This document shows positions 1 through 8,506 of a DNA stretch of 64,000 nucleotides, piece by piece. Both the position numbers and the translations under genes were made by a program. Source of the DNA: an uncultured bacterium (GTDB lineage Bacteria; Omnitrophota; Omnitrophia; Omnitrophales; Aquincolibacteriaceae). The notes beneath the pieces are model-generated. The model saw only the letters and a list, made by a program, of their open reading frames with translations. It did no database searches and was not told the DNA's origin. Numbering within the stretch: the stretch's first letter is position 1; each line of letters starts with the position of its first letter. Location of the stretch: the NCBI GenBank assembly GCA_964434115.1, contig CAYSSX010000002.1, forward strand, positions 9,680 to 73,679, read 5' to 3'.

Positions 1-873
1 GAAAATCCGTTTCAGGCTTTCGCGAAACTTTCTTCCAGCTATGCGGAGCTGACAAAGGTCCGCCTTGTTTCTCTTGTTCTCATGAGCGCCGCAGCGGGGT
101 ATTTTCTGGCGCCTGATTTTCCCGGAAAGTGGGAAACTTTTTTGCACTTTCTGTTTGCGACCGGCCTTGTTGCCGGAGGATCGCAGGCCTTGAATCAATG
201 GCTTGAGAAGGATTTTGATGCCTTGATGCCGAGAACCGCATGCCGGCCTATTCCGACAGGCCGCATCAAACCCGAGCATGCGGTGCTCGCGGGCGCCGGC
301 CTTTCGTTGGCGGGACTTTTCCTGCTCTGGAAAACCTCCAATAGTCTGACCGTGATTTTGGCGGCCGCAACGCTGGTCAGTTATCTTGCTTTTTATACTC
401 CCTTGAAGCGCGTGACCTCCCTTAACTCGATCATGGGGGCAGTACCGGGTGCGATTCCTCCCATGATGGGGTGGACCGCGGTGACCGGCCGTCTTGACTA
501 CGAAGCCTGGGTGCTTTTCTCCATTCTTTTTCTCTGGCAGATGCCGCACTTTCTTGCGATTGCCTGGCTTTACCGCGAAGAATATTACAAGGCCGGCTTT
601 GTGATGCTCTCCGGAGACGGAACCAACAGCGGGCTGGTTGCCCGGCAGGCCGTGATTTATTCAGCCCTCCTGCTTCCGGTGAGCCTGATCCCCACCCTTT
701 GCGGAATGTCCGGATATATTTATTTTTTTTCCGCGCTTGGGCTCGGAATTTTTTTCCTGCGGGCAAGCGCCGCCGGACTTTCGGGTATGAATGAGAAAGC
801 CCGGCCTCTGCTGCGCGCCTCCATAATTTACCTTTCTCTGATTCTGCTGATTATGGTGGTGGATAAAGCATGA
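1..873 (+). CDS. ctaB: Protoheme IX farnesyltransferase (heme O synthase, UbiA family). 5' truncated at the window edge: frame 1 is open from base 1.
   Basis: Polytopic membrane protein with UbiA/CyoE-like motifs (..AIAWLYREEY.., multiple TM segments). The ORF extends in frame to position 1. Stop TGA at 871-873 overlaps the next ATG. Confidence 0.8.
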   Translation, partial: ENPFQAFAKLSSSYAELTKVRLVSLVLMSAAAGYFLAPDFPGKWETFLHFLFATGLVAGGSQALNQWLEKDFDALMPRTACRPIPTGRIKPEHAVLAGAGLSLAGLFLLWKTSNSLTVILAAATLVSYLAFYTPLKRVTSLNSIMGAVPGAIPPMMGWTAVTGRLDYEAWVLFSILFLWQMPHFLAIAWLYREEYYKAGFVMLSGDGTNSGLVARQAVIYSALLLPVSLIPTLCGMSGYIYFFSALGLGIFFLRASAAGLSGMNEKARPLLRASIIYLSLILLIMVVDKA

Positions 874-1844
874 GCTCAGAAAGCATGATTCAAGCGTTAA
901 ACCTCCGGCATGAATATCCGGCTTCCAAAAAACGGAAATCGCCTGTGCGCAAGGCCGCGCTTGACGGCGTGAGCTTTGAAGTGATGCGTGGGGAAATGCT
1001 CGGTCTTTTGGGACCCAACGGCTCCGGAAAAACGACACTCTTCCGCATTTTGTCGACCGCCCTTTTTCCAGCCTCCGGCGAAGTCCGCATTGCGGGTTTT
1101 GACCTTCGCCGGGAAGCCGGAAAAATAAGGGAAAGAATCGGGATTGTTTTTCAGTCTCCGAGCCTGGATGCAAGGCTGACAGTCCGCGAAAACCTTGTCC
1201 ATCAAGGATACGTCTTCGGCCTTTCCGGCAAGGCCCTGCAAACCCGATGTGATGAAATGCTGGAAAGACTGAAGCTCGCGGAGTACGCCAAAGAATTGGC
1301 CGGGAAACTTTCCGGCGGGTTGAAACGCAGGACCGAGCTTGCCAAAGGGCTCCTCCACAAACCGGAAATTCTTCTTCTCGACGAGCCCTCCACAGGCCTT
1401 GATCCCGGGGCGCGCATGGACTTATGGCGTTACCTGTCAGACCTCCGGCGCGAAACCGGAATGACTCTTCTGGTCACGACCCATTTGATGGATGAGGCGG
1501 AGCATTGCGGCCGTGTGGTTATTTTGCAGGAAGGCCGGCTGATTCGATCCGGGACTCCGGAAGAACTCAAAAAAGAAGTTTCCGGCGATGTGATCACCGT
1601 GCGCTCGCGGGAGCCCGAAGAGTTGAAAGCTTCCATGAGCCGTGCCTTCGGGCTTGAAGCGCGTTTGATGGATGGCGAGCTGCAGTTTGAACACCGCGAA
1701 GGCGCGCGTTTTATTGCCCAGCTGGTCGAAGCTTTTCCAGGCATGATTGAGGCTGTGACTTTTCGCAAGCCGACTCTCGAAGATGTTTTTATCCATCACA
1801 CAGGCCACCGTTTTTGGAATGAACCCGAGGGGGCTCACGCATGA
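870..1844 (+). CDS. ABC transporter ATP-binding protein (ABC-2/NosF-like)
   Basis: Walker A GPNGSGKTT, ABC signature LSGGLKRR, Walker B LLLDEPSTGLD. ATGA overlap with ctaB and with the downstream permease. Confidence 0.8.
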   Translation: MSSESMIQALNLRHEYPASKKRKSPVRKAALDGVSFEVMRGEMLGLLGPNGSGKTTLFRILSTALFPASGEVRIAGFDLRREAGKIRERIGIVFQSPSLDARLTVRENLVHQGYVFGLSGKALQTRCDEMLERLKLAEYAKELAGKLSGGLKRRTELAKGLLHKPEILLLDEPSTGLDPGARMDLWRYLSDLRRETGMTLLVTTHLMDEAEHCGRVVILQEGRLIRSGTPEELKKEVSGDVITVRSREPEELKASMSRAFGLEARLMDGELQFEHREGARFIAQLVEAFPGMIEAVTFRKPTLEDVFIHHTGHRFWNEPEGAHA

Positions 1845-2635
1845 ACCGCCGTGACTGGCTTTGCACTTTTTCTTTGTGGATGCGTGAAATGAAACGCTTT
1901 TACCGCCAGCCCAGCCGTGTCGTGGGCGCGCTGGCGTCGCCCTTGATGTTTTGGGTACTCATCGGCTCCGGTATTGGAAGTTCCTTTCAGGCCGGAAGCG
2001 GTCCCCGCACTCAGTCTTATCTGGAATATTTTTTCCCGGGAACCGTAATGATGATCCTTCTTTTTACGGCGATTTTTTCAACGATCTCTTTGATTGAAGA
2101 CCGCAAGGAAGGTTTTTTACAGTCCGTGCTTGTGGCCCCGGTTTCCCGGTTGAGCCTTGCGCTTGGCAAAATTCTGGGCGGAACATCGCTGGCCTTTGTT
2201 CAGGCTCTGCTTTTTCTTCTCATCGCCCCTTTCTTGGGGATCCGCCTTTCCCTTGGCGGGTGGGGCGTTGTTGCCATCGCCCTTGTCCTCAATGCTTTTG
2301 CCTGGACGGGCCTGGGTTTTCTTATGGCCTGGCGCATGCAGTCTGTTCAGGGATTCCACGCGGTCATGAACCTTCTTTTGATGCCGCTTTGGTTTTTGTC
2401 CGGAGCGTTGTTCCCCGCCGAAGGCGCACCCGGGTGGCTTCGGATCGTGATGTCGCTTAACCCGCTGACTTATGGCATGGCGGCTCTTCGCCATGCGCTT
2501 TCCGGAGGCCGGTCGTCCATTGTTTCACTGCCGCCGGAAGCCTACTCCTTTTTTATCATTACCTTTTTTGGATTATTTCTTTTTCTTCTGTCCGGGTTTG
2601 CCGCGTCAAGAAGAAGTGCGGAGGACTTACAATGA
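1841..2635 (+). CDS. ABC-2 family transporter permease (NosY-like)
   Basis: About six TM helices, ABC-2 permease size (264 aa), translationally coupled to the upstream ATPase. Confidence 0.7.
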   Translation: MNRRDWLCTFSLWMREMKRFYRQPSRVVGALASPLMFWVLIGSGIGSSFQAGSGPRTQSYLEYFFPGTVMMILLFTAIFSTISLIEDRKEGFLQSVLVAPVSRLSLALGKILGGTSLAFVQALLFLLIAPFLGIRLSLGGWGVVAIALVLNAFAWTGLGFLMAWRMQSVQGFHAVMNLLLMPLWFLSGALFPAEGAPGWLRIVMSLNPLTYGMAALRHALSGGRSSIVSLPPEAYSFFIITFFGLFLFLLSGFAASRRSAEDLQ

Positions 2636-3279
2636 ACATGGAAACAAAAATGATGAAGAGACGCTTCCTGCTGACTGTTTTTCTTCTGCCGCTTGCCCTG
2701 GTCTGCAGTTTTATTATTGCCCGCGAATGGAAGCAAAAAGTTTTCGGTTCGCAAGGCGAAAGCCTTCCGGTTTATAGTGAGATTGGATCCTTTGAGCTGA
2801 CCGAGCGCAGCGGTGCCGCGATGAGCAACCGCGATTTGCTGGGCAAGGTCTGGATTGCGGATTTTATTTTTACCCGCTGCGGCGGCCCTTGTCCCTTGAT
2901 GAGCGCGAATATGAAAAATCTTGAAACCGCCTTGACTGGCCAGAACATAAAACTTGTTTCTTTTACCGTGGATCCCGAATACGACACGCCCGAGCGGCTT
3001 ACGGTCTACGCCAGCCGCTTTGGCTCCGGCGCGGAGAGCTGGCTTTTTCTGACCGGAGAAAAGAAAACCATCCATGATTTGTCGCGCCAGCATTTCCTTC
3101 TAGGGGTCACCGAAATTCCCGAGGAAGAGCGCCAGGATTCCGAGGATGCGATCATGCACAGCACGCGGTTTGTTCTTGTGGACAAAGAGGGCCGCATTCG
3201 CGGGTACTACGAAAGCACAGAGTCCGGAGCACTTGAAAAACTGGTGCGTGACGCGAAGGCGCTGGCACAAAAACCCTGA
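2632..3279 (+). CDS. SCO1/SenC copper chaperone (thioredoxin fold, CxxxC)
   Basis: N-terminal signal/TM segment. CGGPCP motif, consistent with the SCO1 family. GGAGGA RBS upstream of ATG 2632. Confidence 0.8.
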   Translation: MNMETKMMKRRFLLTVFLLPLALVCSFIIAREWKQKVFGSQGESLPVYSEIGSFELTERSGAAMSNRDLLGKVWIADFIFTRCGGPCPLMSANMKNLETALTGQNIKLVSFTVDPEYDTPERLTVYASRFGSGAESWLFLTGEKKTIHDLSRQHFLLGVTEIPEEERQDSEDAIMHSTRFVLVDKEGRIRGYYESTESGALEKLVRDAKALAQKP

Positions 3280-3292
3280 TTAAAAGAGTTCT

Positions 3293-3706
3293 ATGGATCT
3301 TTCCGTTCTTCCATCCATCAATGCTTCCCTCAATGCCCTGAGCGCTGTTTTTTTGCTGCTAGGTTATTTTTTTATCCGCCAGGGCAAACAGCAGGCCCAC
3401 AAAAGAAGCATGCTTGCGGCCAGCAGCACCTCGCTGCTGTTTTTAATTTGTTATCTTTACTATCACGCTTACCACGGAGCCACCCGGTATCAGGGGCAGG
3501 GCGCGATCCGCACGGTCTATTTTTCAATTCTGATTTCTCATACGATTCTGGCCGTTGTGATCCTCCCGTTTATTTTAAGGACCCTGTACCTGGGCCTTCG
3601 CGGCCAATTTGAAAAGCATGCCAAAATCGCGCGCATCGTATTTCCGCTTTGGGTTTATGTCTCTGTCACGGGCGTTGTCATTTACTGGATTCTTTACAGG
3701 ATGTGA
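3293..3706 (+). CDS. DUF420-family small membrane protein (often linked to oxidase/heme operons)
   Basis: Four predicted TM helices, 137 aa, conserved-looking His/Tyr-rich stretch YYHAYHG. Confidence 0.55.
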   Translation: MDLSVLPSINASLNALSAVFLLLGYFFIRQGKQQAHKRSMLAASSTSLLFLICYLYYHAYHGATRYQGQGAIRTVYFSILISHTILAVVILPFILRTLYLGLRGQFEKHAKIARIVFPLWVYVSVTGVVIYWILYRM

Positions 3707-3710
3707 CCCT

Positions 3711-4163
3711 GTGAAAGCCGATGCCGAAGTCTTAAAGATTCTCGCGGAGGTTACCGAGGCCAGCCTTGGAACCGTTGAGGCGGATGGCCGCCCGTATGTT
3801 TCCTCGGTAGGTGTCCTTTATGAGCCCGCCCAGAATTCATTAGAAGAAACAGGACAAATCTTTCTTTTTCTCAGCGCTTTGGCCCGGCATACCCGGAACC
3901 TTGCTCAGAACCCCTCCATCAGCCTTTTGTTTTCAGCGCGGGAAGAAAAAACTCCGGTTCACGAAACCGCCCGGCTGACCGTTCAGGGGGAGGCCGCTCT
4001 TGTTGCAAATCCGGTTTGGGAACAGAAACTGCGAACAGGTTACCTTCAGCGTTTTCCGCGCTCCGAAATCTTTCTGAGCTTGCCGGATTTCCGGTTCTAC
4101 GAAGTGAGGGTCCGGGAAATTCACTGGATAGGCGGGTTTGGCAAGGCAAAAACCCTCCGTTAA
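3711..4163 (+). CDS. Pyridoxamine-5-phosphate-oxidase-like FMN-binding split-barrel protein (HugZ/PNPOx-like)
   Basis: ORF frame continues from 3609 but overlaps DUF420. In-frame GTG at 3711 lies right after the DUF420 stop. Sequence resembles the PNPOx-like family. Confidence 0.45.
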   Translation: MKADAEVLKILAEVTEASLGTVEADGRPYVSSVGVLYEPAQNSLEETGQIFLFLSALARHTRNLAQNPSISLLFSAREEKTPVHETARLTVQGEAALVANPVWEQKLRTGYLQRFPRSEIFLSLPDFRFYEVRVREIHWIGGFGKAKTLR

Positions 4164-4201
4164 AGCCTTGTTTTCAGGGCCTTTTCCGAAGGGCCGAAGC
4201 G

Positions 4202-4230
4202 TTGACACTCCCAGGCTTTGTGTGTATATT
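4202..4230 (+). promoter_or_regulatory. Sigma-70-type promoter TTGACA-17 nt-TATATT upstream of cysC
   Basis: TTGACA at 4202-4207, exact 17-nt spacer, TATATT at 4225-4230, about 80 nt upstream of the cysC start. Confidence 0.45.
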
Positions 4231-4308
4231 GACCCGTTGCCCCCTCAAGCGATTTCCAGTTTTTCCGCACGAAAAACCGAGAAAAAGCCTCTAAAGGAGC
4301 CAAAAAGA

Positions 4309-4878
4309 TTGGGCCGTTCTGTCTTCGATTGCACAGAAGTAATTGTCAATAAAGGAGTTACCCTCTGGTTTACGGGGCTTCCAAGCTCCGGAAAATCCAC
4401 GCTGGCCAGGCTCTTGGAGCGCCAGCTTAAGAAGTGGGGGCTCAAGACAGAGCTTTTGGATGGGGATGTGGTCCGTACCCATTTGAGCAAAGGGCTGGGC
4501 TTTTCCAAGGAAGACCGCGAAACAAACATTAAACGTATCGGGTTTGTTTGTCATCTTTTGACGCGGAATGGGATCGTGGCGATCGCCTCGGCGGTGTCGC
4601 CTTACCGGGAAACGCGTGATTATAACCGGCGTATGATTGGCAGTTTTGTTGAGATTTACGTCAAGACCTCCGTTGAAGAGTGCGAAAAGCGCGACGTAAA
4701 AGGCCTTTATAAAAAAGCCCGCGCCGGAGAGATCAAAGGGTTCACCGGAATTGATGACCCTTACGAAGAACCCTTGAGACCTGAGATTGTCTGTGAGACT
4801 GCAGGCGAAACCCCCGAACAGTCTGCGGAAAAAATTCTGAAACGTTTGGAAGAACTCGGCTACCTCAAGTTCGCCTGA
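4309..4878 (+). CDS. cysC: Adenylylsulfate (APS) kinase
   Basis: P-loop WFTGLPSSGKST and APS-kinase-like downstream motifs. TTG start 9 nt after an AAAGGAG RBS. The upstream part of ORF 4138.. is non-homologous and precedes the promoter. Confidence 0.75.
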   Translation: MGRSVFDCTEVIVNKGVTLWFTGLPSSGKSTLARLLERQLKKWGLKTELLDGDVVRTHLSKGLGFSKEDRETNIKRIGFVCHLLTRNGIVAIASAVSPYRETRDYNRRMIGSFVEIYVKTSVEECEKRDVKGLYKKARAGEIKGFTGIDDPYEEPLRPEIVCETAGETPEQSAEKILKRLEELGYLKFA

Positions 4879-4914
4879 GTTTTTCCGCTTGCCGGAGAAA
4901 ACGGGGAGCTTGCC

Positions 4915-5679
4915 GTGGCCGTTAAACTTGAAAATTTAGATCAGCTGAACCGGGAGTTTGAAACCAAGACGCCTTTTGAAATCGTCAGCTGGGCGATTCA
5001 GGCGTTTGCCCCGAAGATTTCAATGACATCTTCGTTTGGTCCGGAAAGCGGCGTTCTCTTGCACCTGGTCAGCCGCGTGGATCCCTCGACTCCTGTTCTG
5101 TTTCTTGAAACCGGCTACCACTTTCCGGAAACCTTGGCGTATCGCGATCAATTGGTCAGCCTGTTCGGACTCAAGAATGTCCGCGATCTTCGTGCGGATC
5201 CCGAAAAAAAAGCCAAGGTTGTGGCTGAATACGGCGGCGTGCCGTACGAAAAAAACCCGGACCTTTGCTGCCATATCAATAAAGTGGAACCGCTGCAAGA
5301 TGTGATTAAAGAATACGACGCCTGGATGAGCGGCATCCGGCGGCATCAAACAGATTTTCGCAAGTCGATTCAAATGATTGAAGAGTATGAGGGCGGCCGG
5401 TACAAGATCAGCCCTCTCGCGAATATGACCTCGCGGGATGCCTGGTGGTATATGAAGGAACACAAGATACCCCAGCACACGCTTCAGGATAAGGGCTATT
5501 TCAGCATTGGGTGCTGGCCCTGCACAAAGCCTGTTCAGTCAGGCGACGATGAACGCTCCGGCCGATGGGCAGGAAAAAGTAAAAAAGAATGCGGCATTCA
5601 CACCTTTTTGAAAGAAGTGAAACCAAAAGCCGCGGAAGAAAAAGAAAGCCCGTCACAAGATCTGGGAGCGGGACTCTAA
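4915..5679 (+). CDS. cysH: Phosphoadenosine phosphosulfate/APS reductase (thioredoxin-dependent, Fe-S type)
   Basis: PAPS reductase fold motifs (SSFGPESGVLLHL). CC..C and SIGCWPCT cysteine motifs typical of Fe-S APS reductases. GTG start. Confidence 0.8.
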   Translation: MAVKLENLDQLNREFETKTPFEIVSWAIQAFAPKISMTSSFGPESGVLLHLVSRVDPSTPVLFLETGYHFPETLAYRDQLVSLFGLKNVRDLRADPEKKAKVVAEYGGVPYEKNPDLCCHINKVEPLQDVIKEYDAWMSGIRRHQTDFRKSIQMIEEYEGGRYKISPLANMTSRDAWWYMKEHKIPQHTLQDKGYFSIGCWPCTKPVQSGDDERSGRWAGKSKKECGIHTFLKEVKPKAAEEKESPSQDLGAGL

Positions 5680-5715
5680 GCCTCGCTTTTAACCTGAGTA
5701 AATGAGGAGGAAGTC

Positions 5716-6669
5716 ATGACCCTGACCGCGAAATCAAGAACCAAGCCGCTTGTTGCCAATAACATTCTTGATCTGATCTGCAACACCCCCCTTGTGAAAC
5801 TCAACAAAGTGGTTTCCCCGGGCATGGCCAATGTCTACGGCAAGCTGGAAGGTTTTACGCCCGGCGGCAGCGTGAAGGACCGCATCGCGCTCAGCATGAT
5901 CCGGGACGGAGAAGAAAAGGGGCTTGTTAAAAAAGATACGGTGATTGTTGAGCCGACGTCCGGAAACACAGGGATTGGCCTCGCGCTTGTGTGCGCGGTA
6001 AAAGGGTACCGCTTAATCCTGACTATGCCGGAAACCATGAGCGTTGAACGCCGCCAGCTTCTGAAACGTTACGGCGCGGAACTTGTTCTTACGCCTGGCG
6101 ACCAAGGCATGAAAGGCGCGATTGCCAAGGCGAATGAACTTCTGAAAGAAAATCCGAATAGCTTTATGCCGCAGCAGTTTGCCAACCCGGCGAATCCCAA
6201 GATTCACCGTGAGACAACGGCTGAGGAAATCTGGGAAGCCCTTGACGGCAAAATTGATGCTTTTGTCGCGGGTGTCGGCACGGGCGGAACCGTGACAGGC
6301 TGCGGAGAAGTTTTCAAAAAACGGAATCCCAAAATAAAAATCGTGGCCGTTGAGCCCACGGCATCTCCCGTCATTTCAGGCGGCCAGCCCGGCAAGCACC
6401 GCATTCAGGGCATTGGCGCCGGTTTTGTGCCGGAAGTTCTGAACCGTGACGTCCTTGATGAAGTGATTAAGATTGAGGACATGGAAGCCTGGAGCATGCT
6501 CATGGCGCTTGCGGAAAAAGAAGGGATTCTGAGCGGAATTTCCACGGGTGCGAATGTAACGGCCGCGCTGAAAGTGGCCAAAGAACTCGGCGCCGGAAAA
6601 AATGTTGTGACCATCATCTGCGATACGGGCGACCGCTACCTCAGCATGGATGACCGCTTTAAGGCTTAA
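5716..6669 (+). CDS. cysK: Cysteine synthase (O-acetylserine sulfhydrylase, PLP)
   Basis: PLP-lysine motif GGSVKDR, glycine loop [10 protein letters not shown], strong GGAGGA RBS. Confidence 0.85.
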   Translation: MTLTAKSRTKPLVANNILDLICNTPLVKLNKVVSPGMANVYGKLEGFTPGGSVKDRIALSMIRDGEEKGLVKKDTVIVEPTSGNTGIGLALVCAVKGYRLILTMPETMSVERRQLLKRYGAELVLTPGDQGMKGAIAKANELLKENPNSFMPQQFANPANPKIHRETTAEEIWEALDGKIDAFVAGVGTGGTVTGCGEVFKKRNPKIKIVAVEPTASPVISGGQPGKHRIQGIGAGFVPEVLNRDVLDEVIKIEDMEAWSMLMALAEKEGILSGISTGANVTAALKVAKELGAGKNVVTIICDTGDRYLSMDDRFKA

Positions 6670-6690
6670 ATTCGAGAAGGAGTTTTGAAG

Positions 6691-7965
6691 ATGTCTTTTC
6701 TTAAAGGTTTGCGCTGCCGCGAATGCGGACGCGATTATCCGAAAGAAGCGCTTTATGTCTGTGAATACTGCTTCGGTTCTCTTGAGGCCGCGTATGACTA
6801 TGACGCGATCAAGGCCGTCTTAACCCGCGATAAAATTCTTAAAGGCCCCCAGAGCCTTTGGCGCTACCGGGAATTGCTGCCGATTGACGGGGAGCCCAAG
6901 GCTGGTTTTTACTCCGGTTTTACGCCCCTTGTAAAAGCCGAGATTCTGGGAAAAGAACTCGGCGTGAAGAACCTTTATATTAAGGATGATTCGGTTTGTC
7001 ATCCGACCTGCTCCTTTAAAGACCGCGTTGTGGCCGTGGCGCTTTCCCGCGCGAAAGAACTTGGCTTTGATACCGTGGCCTGCGCTTCGACGGGAAACCT
7101 TGCCAACTCGGTAGCCGCGAACGGCGCTTGGGCCGGCTTCAACCGGTACATTTTTATTCCCGCAAATCTGGAGCAGGCCAAGATTATTGGAACCCTGGTG
7201 TATTCACCAAATCTGGTAGCGGTGAATGGGAATTATGATGATGTGAACCGTCTCTGCTCAGAAATCGCTTCCAAATACCGCTGGGGTTTTGTGAATATCA
7301 ACCTGCGCGCGTATTACGCCGAAGGCTCCAAGACCGTAGGGTTTGAAATCGCAGAGCAGCTTGGCTGGCGCGCCCCGGACCACATCGTTGCGCCCGCGGC
7401 CAGCGGTTCCTTGATCACCAAAATCTGGAAAGCCTTAAAGGAATTCGACAAGCTGGGACTTCTTGAGAAGCCCATGAAGACAAAAATATACTGCGCTCAG
7501 GCAGAGGGCTGCTCTCCTATCTCTACGGCCATTTTGAACAAATGGGAAGTGATCAAACCCGTAAAACCCGCCACGATTGCTAAATCGCTGGCCATCGGAA
7601 ATCCTGCTGACGGTTACTACGCCAAAGATGTGATTGAACAGTCAGGGGGAGCGGCCGCGTCTGTGACCGATGATGAAATCCGGGAAGGTATTAAACTCTT
7701 GGCCCGCACCGAAGGTATTTTTACTGAAACCGCCGGCGGCGTCACGGTTGCCTCCGCAAAAAAGTTGATTGAGCAGGGGATTATTCCGAAAAATGAAACC
7801 GTAGTTTTGACCATTACGGGAAATGGTTTGAAGACCCAGGAAGCTATTCAGGATGCGGTGGGCAAGCCGGCATTGATCGAACCGAACCTTGCTTCATTTG
7901 AAGAGCGCGTGATGTCAGGCCGCAGGGAAACCAAGCCCGCACCCGCGCCAAGCACGATCGTTTAA
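6691..7965 (+). CDS. Threonine-synthase-family PLP enzyme with N-terminal Cys4 zinc ribbon
   Basis: CRECG..(12 aa)..CEYCFG zinc ribbon. PLP-Lys motif SFKDR and ThrC-like fold motifs. ATG 6691 after a GAAGGAG RBS. Confidence 0.7.
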   Translation: MSFLKGLRCRECGRDYPKEALYVCEYCFGSLEAAYDYDAIKAVLTRDKILKGPQSLWRYRELLPIDGEPKAGFYSGFTPLVKAEILGKELGVKNLYIKDDSVCHPTCSFKDRVVAVALSRAKELGFDTVACASTGNLANSVAANGAWAGFNRYIFIPANLEQAKIIGTLVYSPNLVAVNGNYDDVNRLCSEIASKYRWGFVNINLRAYYAEGSKTVGFEIAEQLGWRAPDHIVAPAASGSLITKIWKALKEFDKLGLLEKPMKTKIYCAQAEGCSPISTAILNKWEVIKPVKPATIAKSLAIGNPADGYYAKDVIEQSGGAAASVTDDEIREGIKLLARTEGIFTETAGGVTVASAKKLIEQGIIPKNETVVLTITGNGLKTQEAIQDAVGKPALIEPNLASFEERVMSGRRETKPAPAPSTIV

Positions 7966-7983
7966 TTTCCGGAGGAGAAACGC

Positions 7984-8262
7984 ATGGCCGTTAAAGTAAG
8001 AATTCCGACGCCGTTACAAAAACTCACCAACCAGAATGCCCTTGTTGAAATTCAGGCAAAGACGGTCCGTGAACTCATGGATGTTTTGGAAAAGAATTAT
8101 CCGGGAATCAAGGAACGGCTTTGTGAACCCACGGGAAAAATCCGCCGCTTTGTGAATGTTTATTTAAATGAGGAAGATATCCGTTTCCTCGGACAGGAAG
8201 AAACGGCCATCAAAGACGGTGATGAGATTTCAATTGTTCCCGCGATCGCCGGAGGGTGCTGA
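7984..8262 (+). CDS. MoaD/ThiS-family sulfur-carrier-like protein ending ..AIAGGC
   Basis: 92 aa beta-grasp-like sequence ending Gly-Gly followed by one extra Cys. GGAGGAG RBS. Confidence 0.6.
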   Translation: MAVKVRIPTPLQKLTNQNALVEIQAKTVRELMDVLEKNYPGIKERLCEPTGKIRRFVNVYLNEEDIRFLGQEETAIKDGDEISIVPAIAGGC

Positions 8263-8263
8263 T

Positions 8264-8506
8264 ATGGCAAAGAAAGCCTACCATCTTTTTTTTGAGCAGA
8301 AGATGATCAAGGAGCCGATTATGTTTCTCGTGGCCCGCGATCATAACCTTCTTTTGAATATCCGCCGCGCAAAGATTACGGCAGAGACCGGGGAAGCGAC
8401 CGTGGAGCTTGAAGGCGATGAAAAACAGATCTTGAAAGCCGAGCAGGCCTTTCGCGCCAAAGGCGTGAAGGTTGAATCCGTGTTAGGGGATATCCTGGAA
8501 GGTTAA
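8264..8506 (+). CDS. Small NIL/ACT-like domain protein (80 aa)
   Basis: Short ferredoxin-like pattern with an LLLNIRRAKI segment reminiscent of the NIL domain of methionine-transporter C-termini. Translationally coupled (TGAtATG). Weak call. Confidence 0.3.
   Translation: MAKKAYHLFFEQKMIKEPIMFLVARDHNLLLNIRRAKITAETGEATVELEGDEKQILKAEQAFRAKGVKVESVLGDILEG

Noticed and set aside
4138-4308. Upstream extension of the cysC ORF starting at ATG 4138 (MARQKPSVKALF...)
   Set aside because: The N-terminal 57 aa are non-homologous and low complexity. They overlap the end of the preceding gene and span a near-consensus promoter. An in-frame TTG at 4309, 9 nt after AAAGGAG, gives a normal APS kinase N-terminus.
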